From the NCBI GenBank assembly GCA_965219005.1, contig CBDCMS010000004.1, forward strand, positions 815,736 through 879,735: DNA of 64,000 nt, written 5' to 3'. Source of the stretch: Acidobacteriota bacterium (GTDB lineage: Bacteria > Acidobacteriota > UBA6911 > RPQK01 > JAJDTT01). The notes under the pieces were generated by a model. That model saw only the letters and a list, made by a program, of their open reading frames with translations. It made no database searches and had not been told where the DNA came from. Numbering within the stretch: the stretch's first letter is position 1; every line of letters begins with the position of its first letter. Of the stretch, positions 20,046 to 29,378 are shown piece after piece. The position numbers and the translations under genes are program-made.

Positions 20046-21839
20046 TTAGTACAGGGGCCAAATCACTGGGATGAGAAGCGAGGCGATGATCCAAAGCAGG
20101 ATGTTGAGGGGGACGCCTACCTTGACGTAGTCCGAGAACCTGTAGTTGCCTGGCCCATAGACCATCAGGTTGGTGTGGTAGCCGAAAGGCGTGCTCAGGG
20201 CCGAGGAGGCCGCAAAGGTGATGGCCATAAGGATGGGCAATGGGTTGAGCCCAAGATTCTGAGCGAAGGCGACCCCGATAGGCACCAGCAGAATGGCCGC
20301 GGCGTTGTGAGACATGATCGAAGCGAAAACAGTAGACAGTAAATAGAAAACGGAGACAATTGCCACCGGGCCGAGGTTCTTCGTCAGGCTGAGAATGCCG
20401 CTCGCGATGACGGCGGCGGTCCCGGTGTTTTCCATTGCCACACCCAGAGGGATCACCCCAGCCAACAGAAAGATCACGAACCAGTCGATGGATTCGTAGG
20501 CTTCCTGCAGCTTGATGCATCCGAAGAGTCCCATCAGGATACATCCGACGATGGCTGCAACCAGGATCGGCATAATCTTGAAGGCTGCCAAAACCACCAC
20601 CAGCGCGATGACTGCCAGGGCGTAGGGTGCCTTCTCCCTGCGGACGGTAGGCGCCTCCACTTCCTGCAGCATCAGAAAGTCCCGGTCACGGTTGAGCTCT
20701 CGCATGTACTCGCGTCGTCCCTGTAGAAGGAGCATGTCTCCGGCATCCAGTCTTATGTTGCCAACGCGCTCCTTGATGGTCTCGCCGTGTTTCTGGACGG
20801 CTAGTGCGAAGACTCCGTAGTGATGTCTGAAGTTCGCTTCCCGCAAGGTTCTTCCAATCAGCGAAGAACCGGGAGAGATCATTACCTCTGCCAGCATCAC
20901 CTCCTCTGTCATCAGGTCGCGATCGGCATATTTCACCTGGGACCTTATGGAAAGACCCTCCAGCGCCTTCATTTTCATGATGCTGTGGATGGATCCACGC
21001 ACCAACAGCTCGTCGCCCTCGTGAAGCTTGGTGTCCCGAAAGCCCGACCAGATGCGCTCCTTGCCTCGAATGATCTCCAGAATCGTGACATCGTATTTTT
21101 CATTCAATCTCGATTCAGCCGGTGTTCGCTGAACCAGAGAGGACTTCTTTTCCACCACCAGCAGAGTGAAGTAGCGGCCGACCTCATACTTTCCCGTCAA
21201 GTCGTCGGAGGCCCCACGGTCAGGCAGCATCCTCGGTGCCACCAGGGTGAGGTAAAGAAGCGTAACAACCAGGAACACGACTCCGAGCTTGGTCAGTTCG
21301 AACATCCCGAATTCCCGGGCGCCATGGTCTGCTGACATGGAGCTCACCAGGATATTCGTGGACGTCCCAATCAAGGTGCAGGTACCTCCCGCAATCGAGA
21401 CAAACGACAAGGGGAGGAGCAGGCGAGACGGACTGGTGCCGTGCTGATGGCACACTGAGAGCGCGACAGGAATGAAGACGGCCACCGCAGCAGCGTTGTT
21501 GATGAACGCTGAGGCAACCCCGGCTGTAATCAACAGCAGCAGGAACAATCGAGTTTCACTGCCACGACCCAGATGGATGAGTTTCTGGCTGATCAGGTTG
21601 ATGGCTCCCGTCTTCACCAATCCACTGCTGAGAATGAACATCGCGGCAATGGTAATGGTGGCCTTGTTGCTGAAACCTGAAATCCCTTCCTGGACGGTCA
21701 AGAAGCCTGGCCGGAAGAGCCCGATGACGATCAGAGCGGTCATGATCAGAATGGCAACCATGTCGACTCGGAGCTTTTCCGAGACGAAGAGAACCATTGC
21801 GGTGACAATGATCAGGCAGACGAGGATGATGTCGAGCAT
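20046..21839 (-). CDS. SLC13 family permease with two TrkA-C domains
   Basis: SAFINN, GGTCTLIGTSTN, central RCK_C repeats, STPFGYHTNLMVYGPGNYRFSDY. Confidence 0.92.
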   Translation of the reverse strand: MLDIILVCLIIVTAMVLFVSEKLRVDMVAILIMTALIVIGLFRPGFLTVQEGISGFSNKATITIAAMFILSSGLVKTGAINLISQKLIHLGRGSETRLFLLLLITAGVASAFINNAAAVAVFIPVALSVCHQHGTSPSRLLLPLSFVSIAGGTCTLIGTSTNILVSSMSADHGAREFGMFELTKLGVVFLVVTLLYLTLVAPRMLPDRGASDDLTGKYEVGRYFTLLVVEKKSSLVQRTPAESRLNEKYDVTILEIIRGKERIWSGFRDTKLHEGDELLVRGSIHSIMKMKALEGLSIRSQVKYADRDLMTEEVMLAEVMISPGSSLIGRTLREANFRHHYGVFALAVQKHGETIKERVGNIRLDAGDMLLLQGRREYMRELNRDRDFLMLQEVEAPTVRREKAPYALAVIALVVVLAAFKIMPILVAAIVGCILMGLFGCIKLQEAYESIDWFVIFLLAGVIPLGVAMENTGTAAVIASGILSLTKNLGPVAIVSVFYLLSTVFASIMSHNAAAILLVPIGVAFAQNLGLNPLPILMAITFAASSALSTPFGYHTNLMVYGPGNYRFSDYVKVGVPLNILLWIIASLLIPVIWPLY

Positions 21840-22169
21840 AAGGCGCTCTGGAATTGCTAAAGTGGACTATATTCTCAGCATCTGCAACAGGCGATCCAAG
21901 GGGCGAGTACTGTCAACTCCCCGGCTAGACTATGGGAACAGATTGCCCCTCGATTCTCAAGGGTACTTGTGAGCGCGCCGAAACCCATTTTCCCGCCTCA
22001 GGCTTCGACCATGTCCCTTTTGAGGTCCGTTCTGCGTTTATCTGGTTGCAGCGCTGTCCAAAACGAATTCGAAAGAAGGAAGGAGTAAGGAGGTCTGAGC
22101 ATGTTGGTTTAGCTAGCAGCGTAGGAGTCTTAAACCCCAAACAACCTAGATTTCTAGGAGGCAAGAAGA

Positions 22170-22877
22170 ATGAAACCAGGAAGGATTACCGCACTTCTGA
22201 TCGCAGCCACTTTCGGTTTCGGAACGAATGCGACCGCTATAGACAAGTCCAAGGGTGTCTATCGGATTCCCTACAAGAATGGCACCAAGGTCAAAGTTAC
22301 GAACAATCACGACAAACACAAGCCCAAGGGCAGAATCGACATGCACGGAACGGGTGGCAGCAAGCCGTACAAGATCGTCGCGGCGGCCGATGGGACCGTG
22401 CGTTATATCGTCGACAACCAGAGCAAGCAGGTCGACAGCAAATCGGGCGACCCCTGTACCAACAACTATGTCAGGATCGAGCACGCGGATGGAGAGTGGA
22501 CCAAGTGCTCTCACATGACGAAGAGCTCCGCCACCAAGAAGGCGAAACTCAAAGTCGGAAAATTCGTGAAGGCCGGTACCTATCTCGGCGATGAAGGGAA
22601 GGTTGGCTGTGCCTCGGGTGATCACCTGCATTTCGAAGTCGGTGTGCCCAAAAGCAGCGACCCCATCAGCGCGACGGGCGGCTTCCTCAGGGACAATTCG
22701 GGCAGCAAGCGCAACCGGATCCCCCGAATCTGCGGGATCTCCGGAGGTATCTTCGCCAGCGGCACCAGCTACGATGCGCGGAGAGTTCCCGGCAACATAA
22801 AAAAGGGTAGCTCAGAAGCCAGTATCAATCCGAGTGGCAGAAAGCGACGAAGGCTGGATACCGCACTCGGAACGTGA
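22170..22877 (+). CDS. Exported M23 family peptidase, probably C-terminally truncated
   Basis: Signal peptide; H...D (HKPKGRID), IVAAADG, SGDHLHFEV; the last ~20 codons look non-coding and abut a duplicated block. Confidence 0.75.
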   Translation: MKPGRITALLIAATFGFGTNATAIDKSKGVYRIPYKNGTKVKVTNNHDKHKPKGRIDMHGTGGSKPYKIVAAADGTVRYIVDNQSKQVDSKSGDPCTNNYVRIEHADGEWTKCSHMTKSSATKKAKLKVGKFVKAGTYLGDEGKVGCASGDHLHFEVGVPKSSDPISATGGFLRDNSGSKRNRIPRICGISGGIFASGTSYDARRVPGNIKKGSSEASINPSGRKRRRLDTALGT

Positions 22878-22951
22878 CTGGTTATGATGCCGGTAAGTCT
22901 GTGATGTACGGTGGGGTTTGGCGAAAATAGAGGAAGTCGGTTGATCTCGAT

Positions 22952-23533
22952 CTACCCGGCTTGCCCGCAGGCGAGGGTCAACTCCAGGAGCTTGAGCGTC
23001 GTCTTCCAGTTCCGGAAGGTACTCGGGGTCCCCAGCTTGGAGTCGAAGTAGGTGTTGGTCAGCTTTGATCGTGCAAGGCCGTGGGGACACTTGAGGTAGA
23101 CCTCACGGCCTTGGACAACAAACTCGTCGGGCCGTGAGCGCCGAGGGTCCAAGCCAGCGATCCTGTCGGTGCTGGGTCGGCTGGCTAGGAAGGCGACGTG
23201 CAGTTCTCGATCATCGCCGCCGCCTCGTAGGAACGGATTGGTACGGACGATTTTGCCGAGCTCCTGGGCGGTACGTGTGATGAAGGGTGTTTCCCAGCCG
23301 AAGCGCCTGGAAATGTCCTGCACGATATCGGCGCTTATCCGGGAAACCTCACTTGTTTCCGCCTCGTAGATGACATTGCCACTCTGGATGTACGTCTGAA
23401 CCTGTCTGGCACCCGCGTCTTCGAAGATCGAGACGAGATTCTCCATCGGCAGTCTGTGTCGGCCGCCGACGTTGATGCCACGCAAGAGCGTGATCTGGAC
23501 CGTTGGCGCCTGGGGCTTTTTCGGTGCGGCCAT
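22952..23533 (-). CDS. DUF1697 family protein, copy 1
   Basis: LLRGINVGG, VQTYIQSGNV, TFRNWKT; near-identical to 42924..43505. Confidence 0.88.
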   Translation of the reverse strand: MAAPKKPQAPTVQITLLRGINVGGRHRLPMENLVSIFEDAGARQVQTYIQSGNVIYEAETSEVSRISADIVQDISRRFGWETPFITRTAQELGKIVRTNPFLRGGGDDRELHVAFLASRPSTDRIAGLDPRRSRPDEFVVQGREVYLKCPHGLARSKLTNTYFDSKLGTPSTFRNWKTTLKLLELTLACGQAG

Positions 23534-23671
23534 TCTCAAGTCAAGGCTTCGCCGACCGGCTAGTCCTGACCTTCCGGATTCTCTCGCTCTGTGCTCTCTG
23601 TCGCACCACTCTCCCGAGAACTGCGAATTGAGCAACTTAAATTGGAAGCCGGAAGAATCCCGGGAGGAATC

Positions 23672-23760
23672 ATGAGAAGACCATGCCGAGCCGTCGTTGT
23701 CTGGACCGCCTTATCCCTGTCGCTGTTCGTCCTGGTGCCTGCGTCCCAGCACGAGGGCGT
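23672..23760 (+). pseudogene. 5' remnant of an exported-protein gene
   Basis: GGAGG RBS + ATG + signal peptide (RRPCRAVVVWTALSLSLFVLVPA), then degenerate hairpin-rich sequence. Confidence 0.3.
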
Positions 23761-24115
23761 TCGCCACATCGGCACCCGAAAGCGGACAGTCAGGTCTTCC
23801 CAGAAAACGTCGAATGAACTGCCGCAAACGGCCAGCAGCCGGCATTCAAACTTCCCACGCGACAGCTCCCGGATCTGCATCCGGGAGCTGTCGACATCGG
23901 CGACCCATCGGAATGAACGGACCCTTCACTCGCCGGCCCAGATGGTTCTAATGAACCGTTTGCTGTGGGTCGTTCTGTGCCTGTCGGCATTGTGCGGGTC
24001 GAACGTCCGCTTGCCCAACTGGGACGTGGGCTGACGCTGACTGCGCGGTCGGATCTCGATTGTCCTAGGTGCTATAGTCGATCGCGACGGGTGGTTGCCG
24101 TGACGGGATACCTAT

Positions 24116-24910
24116 ATGCAAGTATCGGCATCAGAGGCGGCGTTGCTCAATTTCCACGAACGTCGTGCCGGCGCGAGTGCATTCGTTTTCGGCGACGCGG
24201 CAGACGAGAGTGGCGCTAGCAGCTATGAACGTTTAGTACAGCGCCTACCAGCGAGCCGTGTACGCATTCTCGACCTCGCATGCGGCGATGGCATGCTGCT
24301 TTCGTTGATTGGAAGCAACCACGACGCGATCGGGCTCGACCTCTCGTATCATGAGCTACGTGCCGGTCGGGCACGGACTAGCCGCCCACTAGTGCTCTCT
24401 CGTGCGCAGCGATTACCTTTCACGACGGCCCAGTTCGAATGCCTGGTCTGCCATATGGCGCTTATGCTGTTCGACGATTTAGACGAAGTAGTGGCCGAGC
24501 TCGCTCGTGTCTTGGCGCCAAGGGGTCGTCTTCTCGCCGTGGTCGGACGAAGCGGCGACATGGGGGACTCGGCAAGACGCCTGTCGGTTCTCTCAACGCA
24601 GTGGCGGCGCGACACCACGCTAACGATTGGCGATGTTCGCGCTGGATCACCTGAGGGTCTGGCGGAGGTATTCTCGGGAACTAGCTGGTGCGACCTTGAA
24701 GTGGAGGATTTCTCGGTCAGGCTTCGCGTGCCGTCCGATGAGATTTTCCGATGGCTCGAAAACGCGTTCTATCACATCGATCTGATGCCGCAAGACGCCA
24801 AGCTCCGGTTGTCCGAGTTCGTCGAAAAAAATCAGCGTGAGCTCGCCGAAAACGGCTTCATGCCCTGGACACTGAACATGCGGTTGGTCTCCGTCACTCG
24901 GGCCTCATAG
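24116..24910 (+). CDS. Class I SAM-dependent methyltransferase
   Basis: Motif I ILDLACGDG, GLDLS, FECLVC, RVLAPRG. Confidence 0.85.
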   Translation: MQVSASEAALLNFHERRAGASAFVFGDAADESGASSYERLVQRLPASRVRILDLACGDGMLLSLIGSNHDAIGLDLSYHELRAGRARTSRPLVLSRAQRLPFTTAQFECLVCHMALMLFDDLDEVVAELARVLAPRGRLLAVVGRSGDMGDSARRLSVLSTQWRRDTTLTIGDVRAGSPEGLAEVFSGTSWCDLEVEDFSVRLRVPSDEIFRWLENAFYHIDLMPQDAKLRLSEFVEKNQRELAENGFMPWTLNMRLVSVTRAS

Positions 24911-24951
24911 ATCGGCTTGCTGCAAGCGCTTGGTGCCGACCGATAATTAAG

Positions 24952-25119
24952 ATGCATCGCGGCTATCTCATCACGTCCGGTCTGATCTTCGCGACGGTGA
25001 CGATCCTCCACTTCCTGCGCTTGGTCAACGACTGGCCCCTTGTGCTGGGACCCTAGTCTATGCCCAAGTGGGTTTCCTGGGCTGGTACCGCGTTTCGCCC
25101 CTCTTCCGCCGCTCCTTGA
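24952..25119 (+). pseudogene. Small two-helix membrane protein with an in-frame TAG (25054-25056)
   Basis: MHRGYLITSGLIFATVTILHFLRLVNDWPLVLGP*SMPKWVSWAG; coding-like sequence continues in frame past the stop, consistent with TGG->TAG. Confidence 0.55.
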
Positions 25120-25301
25120 CCATCAGAGAGAAGCCGCCTTCAGTGACGGCCGGCCAGTGGCCGCTGGAAAGCATTCAATACCTGCAGGAAAGAGGTCCCG
25201 GGATCTGAATATTTCACATTCGTGATCTTGGATTTACCGTAGACAGTTCCCAGGAGAAAGTGGTCGTCTCCGACACGACACTGAGCGCGTCGAAGTTTTT
25301 C

Positions 25302-25585
25302 CAACTACGGTGGCTGCGCCACAAGTACAAGGTCAGGCGACGCAGGGGCGGGACGTATCCCCTCTCGCACCTCTACGGGCACTTCGGACTCGTACGCCTG
25401 ACCCAACTTGGGCGCGGCGAGCCGTGGGTGAAGGCGTGAGGTCTGATGTGGGAGATCCTCATGTCCGGTTCGATGAGGAGGATGTGGAAACGGAGTGATG
25501 GTCCGGCTATTGAGGCACCGCCAGACGAAAGGGGCGGTAACGGATAGGCCGAACCCAAGGCCACCGCGCCACATCCGTACTCTAC
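25302..25585 (+). mobile_element. Group II intron 3' remnant (IEP C-terminus, damaged domain V, domain VI)
   Basis: [42 protein letters not shown], then ATGTCCGGTTCGATGAG (3' half of DV), GGATGTGGAAACGG...CCGCGCCACATCC and a terminal CTCTAC. Confidence 0.85.
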
Positions 25586-25789
25586 CGACAGCTGTCTTGT
25601 CGAGTACGCGGACACTAGGGAATGAGCAGAAATGGGATCGGACCCAGGACCGGCGACACCTGCTCGACATGGCGCTTGCGCTTCGTCGGCAAAGACGCGA
25701 AGCTAGTCCATTGAGATCCACCCCGGGAGTTGAATATGCGGTACATTGCACAGGCGCGTCGCGTCACCGTCCGTTTTTCGGATTCAGGC

Positions 25790-27544
25790 ATGAAGTCAAG
25801 GTCCTGCCGTAGCGTGGTCTTTCCGGCCCTGGCCGGTTCGATCCTGTTGAGCCTGGTAGGGTACCTCCCGCTGACAGCCACGGCCGCCTGGAAGCCGGAG
25901 GAGCCGCTCCCGATCGGCTCCTCCAAACAGCTTTTCCTGGGCCCCTGGACGCAGGATGGGCGTGACGACCACCTCGTGGCCTCCATGCAGAACGTGACCC
26001 TGACGATGCACCAGGCACAGGTGGTGGACCAGAAGCTGGTGGTGCGGGACCGCCCCTGGGAAGGTTCCCGCCTGCTGGACATGTCCACCTTCGTGATCAA
26101 GGACGGCGATGTCTTTCGCCTCTACTACGGCGCCCTGGCCAAGTATCCCAAGCTCTGGGAGGAGCCCAACTGCCGAATCATCTGTTATGCCGAGTCCCGC
26201 GACGGGATCCACTGGGAGAAGCCGAATCTGGGTCTCTTCAGTTGGGAGGGTTCGCGCCAGAACAACATCATCATTCCCAACGATCAGTTTCCCTACGTGA
26301 TGTCCGAATTCGCCGGACCCGGCGTGTTCATCGACCCCGTGGCGCGGGTGCCGGAAGAGCGCTACAAGATGATCCTCAAAGCGACCCCGGTCCGAGGGTC
26401 CGGTGAGCTCCAGCAAGAGGCGTTGCCCAAAGGCCAATATCTGTTTGCCTCGGGAGACGGAGTCCGCTGGAGGCTCCTGAGCCCCAGGAAGGTCAACCCT
26501 GGCGCCAGCGACACCAAGTTCTCGGTCTTCTGGGACGCGGAATCCAGGCGCTACGTCACCTACACCCGGGTCAAGCATCAGCAGCCCGATTCCCCCAAGG
26601 TCCTGGATCTGAGCCGGTACCATCTGAAGCAGTACGGACTGAAGCTCCACGTGGCCGGGCGGCTGGTAGGTCGGATCGATTCGCCGGACCTGTTCAACTG
26701 GAGTGAGGAGCGGGCCGTACTGGCGACGGATGCCGCCGATCATCAGGGGCTCAGTGAAGCCGTCCTACACCACGATCAGGAGGATGGGGGCCGGGGAGAG
26801 GCATTCCGTGGCGGCGTGGACATCTATGGGGGCAATATCTCGCGCTATTCGGAGGCGGAGAATGCGTACGTCGGCCTACCTCTCTTCTTCTACCACTGGA
26901 AGAAAGGTCCGGCGCGGGTGGGGGAGCATGAGGTGGCCGACTATAGCTTTCCAGGAACGGTGGATGTTCAGTTGGTGACCAGCCGCGACGGCATCCGCTT
27001 CCACCGGGCTCCGGGCCGGCGGCCCTTCATTCGCCTGGGCCCCCGGGGGTCCTGGTGGAGTCGGATGATCTGGCCCGCCGGCAGCGTGATCCGGGTGGGA
27101 GACGAGCTCTGGATCTACTTCTCGGGTCACGACGTGGCCCACAACCAGGAACAACAGCTGCTGGTGAGTAACGGCGCACACGGTAGGGCCGTTCTGAGGC
27201 TGGATGGATTCATCTCAGCCGACACCGACTACCAGGGAGGCGAGTTGGTGACCCGTCCCCTGGTATTCGACGGGGAAAGACTCCAGCTCAACCTGGACAC
27301 CAGCGCCGGCGGGGTCGTCCGGGTGGAGCTGCAGGACGTCCAGGGCAGTCCGCTGGAAGGCTTCGAGCTCTCCCGGGCCACTGAGATCAACGGCAACTAC
27401 GTCCGGGTGACGGCGTCCTGGGAGGGCGGGAGCGACGTGGGGCCCCTGGCCGGGCGGCCGGTCCGCCTCCGATTCGTGATGCGCGACTCCAGGCTCTACT
27501 CCTTCCAGTTTCTCCCTGGTGCATCTGTGGGTTCCGACGGGTGA
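25790..27544 (+). CDS. Exported beta-propeller glycoside-hydrolase-like protein
   Basis: Signal peptide; YAESRDGIHWEKP, ERYKM, SRDGIRF, LRLDGFIS; C-terminal LAGRPVRLRFVMRDSRLYSFQF. Confidence 0.82.
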   Translation: MKSRSCRSVVFPALAGSILLSLVGYLPLTATAAWKPEEPLPIGSSKQLFLGPWTQDGRDDHLVASMQNVTLTMHQAQVVDQKLVVRDRPWEGSRLLDMSTFVIKDGDVFRLYYGALAKYPKLWEEPNCRIICYAESRDGIHWEKPNLGLFSWEGSRQNNIIIPNDQFPYVMSEFAGPGVFIDPVARVPEERYKMILKATPVRGSGELQQEALPKGQYLFASGDGVRWRLLSPRKVNPGASDTKFSVFWDAESRRYVTYTRVKHQQPDSPKVLDLSRYHLKQYGLKLHVAGRLVGRIDSPDLFNWSEERAVLATDAADHQGLSEAVLHHDQEDGGRGEAFRGGVDIYGGNISRYSEAENAYVGLPLFFYHWKKGPARVGEHEVADYSFPGTVDVQLVTSRDGIRFHRAPGRRPFIRLGPRGSWWSRMIWPAGSVIRVGDELWIYFSGHDVAHNQEQQLLVSNGAHGRAVLRLDGFISADTDYQGGELVTRPLVFDGERLQLNLDTSAGGVVRVELQDVQGSPLEGFELSRATEINGNYVRVTASWEGGSDVGPLAGRPVRLRFVMRDSRLYSFQFLPGASVGSDG

Positions 27545-27808
27545 GGCGCAGTCATGCTCACCTCATCATCAACAGAGTTGCCCCCGTAATCGTCATGCAG
27601 AAAATCAAGCCGGCCGATGATGCCCAGGAAGCGTCCAATACCGCATGAATCGGAGAATCCGACCAGAAAGCGGGCTTCAGGTCGTGTGGTACGAGAATCC
27701 CGCTAAGCAGCGAGGAAGGACCAGCAATCGCTTCAACCCGACGCGCTGAGCCACGTCACGGTCTTTCGCGACGGCGATGTGATTCGGATGTTATACCGTC
27801 GCAAATCT

Positions 27809-28150
27809 GAACGTCCGCTTCTAAGGTCGGAACCGGTTATTCAGGGGCGATCTACCCTGAGACCGTTTTTACGGTCAGATCTGCGCTATCACACCGCCGC
27901 TCGATTTGATCGCAAGCCGACGGCGGCTTCCGCCTGAGACTGTGTGAAAAGTCCAAAACCTCTTCGATTTAGGGGTCTCTTTACCCTTCCTACGACGGAG
28001 ATCGTGGCTTGCACGCGATCCTACGAAGTCAAAATTTCAAATCCGAAATCATGAATGACTTTTCACACAGCCTCGCCTAAGAGCGGTCACTCAAATCTTC
28101 CTCGGAAACGTCTGCACTAACGACCGCAAACAGGCCAAGAGCGGTTATTC
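27809..28150. repeat. Cluster of three ~32-bp imperfect hairpins (approximately RAAYGWCCGC-N12-14-GCGGTYAYTC)
   Basis: Copies at 27809-27842, 27918-28092 (split by the MITE) and 28118-28150; relatives at 23756-23791, 23816-23847 and 24001-24012. Confidence 0.45.
27936..28074. mobile_element. 139-bp MITE with 18-bp terminal inverted repeats and a 4-bp target duplication
   Basis: GAGACTGTGTGAAAAGTC (27936-27953) and GACTTTTCACACAGCCTC (28057-28074) pair at 17/18; GCCT flanks both sides. An IS1182-like origin is inferred from memory of similar ends. Confidence 0.8.
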
Positions 28151-28253
28151 CGCGCAGACCTTCCGACTTCTATATACGCCCCTCCTGACATTGCCCTTCG
28201 AGATCCAAAGATCTAGTATTGCCACATACGCTCTCCAGCAGTCTGGAGGTTCG

Positions 28254-28451
28254 TTGATAGGCCAAACCATCTCCCACTACAAGATCACCTCCAAGCTCGG
28301 CGAAGGCGGCATGGGCGAGGTCTATCGAGCCACCGATACCAAGCTCAACCGGGATGTGGCCCTGAGGGTCCTGCCTGATGCCTTTGCCGCCGATCACGAA
28401 CGCATGGCCCGCTTCTCCCGGGAAGCCCAAGAGCTGGCCCTCCTGTCCTAA
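28254..28451 (+). pseudogene. Truncated Ser/Thr kinase N-lobe
   Basis: GGAGG + TTG, MIGQTISHYKITSKLGEGGMGEVYRATDTKLNRDVAL...RFSREAQ, then a stop. Confidence 0.8.
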
Positions 28452-28544
28452 GAACTCACTCCCCAGGACAATGTTAGGGAGTGGGGGGACGTGGATAAGC
28501 GGGTTTAGGTTGTTGACTCTCCCTGGAAGACAAGGAGCTATACA

Positions 28545-29306
28545 ATGCTGGGTATGAATCCCATTGAAGACCCCGATGAGCGCATCCGGCAGAATGCCCC
28601 TCAGTTCGCAACAACACATTGGAGCCTGGTTGTTTCTGCCGGCAGTCCCGATGAACCCGCCGCACAGCGTGCGTTGTCGGAACTTTGCAATGCGTATTGG
28701 TATCCGCTCTACGCTTACGTCCGTCGGCGAGTTGACGATGTTCACGACGCACAAGATCTGACACAGGCTTTCTTCTCACACCTGCTAGAACAACAAACAA
28801 TCGCGCGCGCCGACCCCACGCGCGGTCGCTTCCGGGCATTTCTGCTTACGGCTCTCAAAAACTTCCTTGCGGGCGAGTGGCAGAAAGGTCGCGCCAGAAA
28901 GCGGGGCGGTGGCAGGGCAATATTGTCGTTGGATTTTGACTCGGGCGAATCCCGGTATCAGATTGAGCCGGCTGACCATCTGACGCCGGAGAAACTTTAC
29001 GAACAACGTTGGGTACTGACACTCCTGGATCATGTTCTCGATCGGTTGCAGGTAGAAATGGTGGAGACTGGTAGGAGGCAGTACTTCGAGCAGCTAAAAA
29101 CAGCCATCACGGGGGACGCCACGGCTCACGAGTACGAGCAGGCTGGTCGGGCGCTTGGTATCACAGCGGCAGCGGCCAAGCAAGCAGGATACCGCATGCG
29201 CAAACGATATCGTCAACTGTTTCGCCTGGAGGTTCTCCGGACTTTGGCAGACGGCGGGGATGTCGACGATGAAATCCTACAGATTTCGGAAATCCTGGCC
29301 AACTAG
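28545..29306 (+). CDS. ECF sigma factor (Planctomycete/Verrucomicrobia kinase-associated type)
   Basis: FATTHWSLV, ALSELCNAYWYPLYAYVRR, AQDLTQAFF, RGRFRAFL, RMRKRY. Confidence 0.87.
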   Translation: MLGMNPIEDPDERIRQNAPQFATTHWSLVVSAGSPDEPAAQRALSELCNAYWYPLYAYVRRRVDDVHDAQDLTQAFFSHLLEQQTIARADPTRGRFRAFLLTALKNFLAGEWQKGRARKRGGGRAILSLDFDSGESRYQIEPADHLTPEKLYEQRWVLTLLDHVLDRLQVEMVETGRRQYFEQLKTAITGDATAHEYEQAGRALGITAAAAKQAGYRMRKRYRQLFRLEVLRTLADGGDVDDEILQISEILAN

Positions 29307-29378
29307 CGAGCAGAATTTGTGTTACCGAGTTGGCGCGATCCTGTAGTAGAGGGTGGATCACAATTGGAGGGAATCGCA

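Noticed and set aside
21895-21940. IS end (TACTGTCAACTCCCCGG)
   Set aside because: No partner inverted repeat, target duplication or transposase could be found.
23600-25300. Classical integron cassette array
   Set aside because: No intI and no RYYYAAC...GTTRRRY attC structures could be identified.
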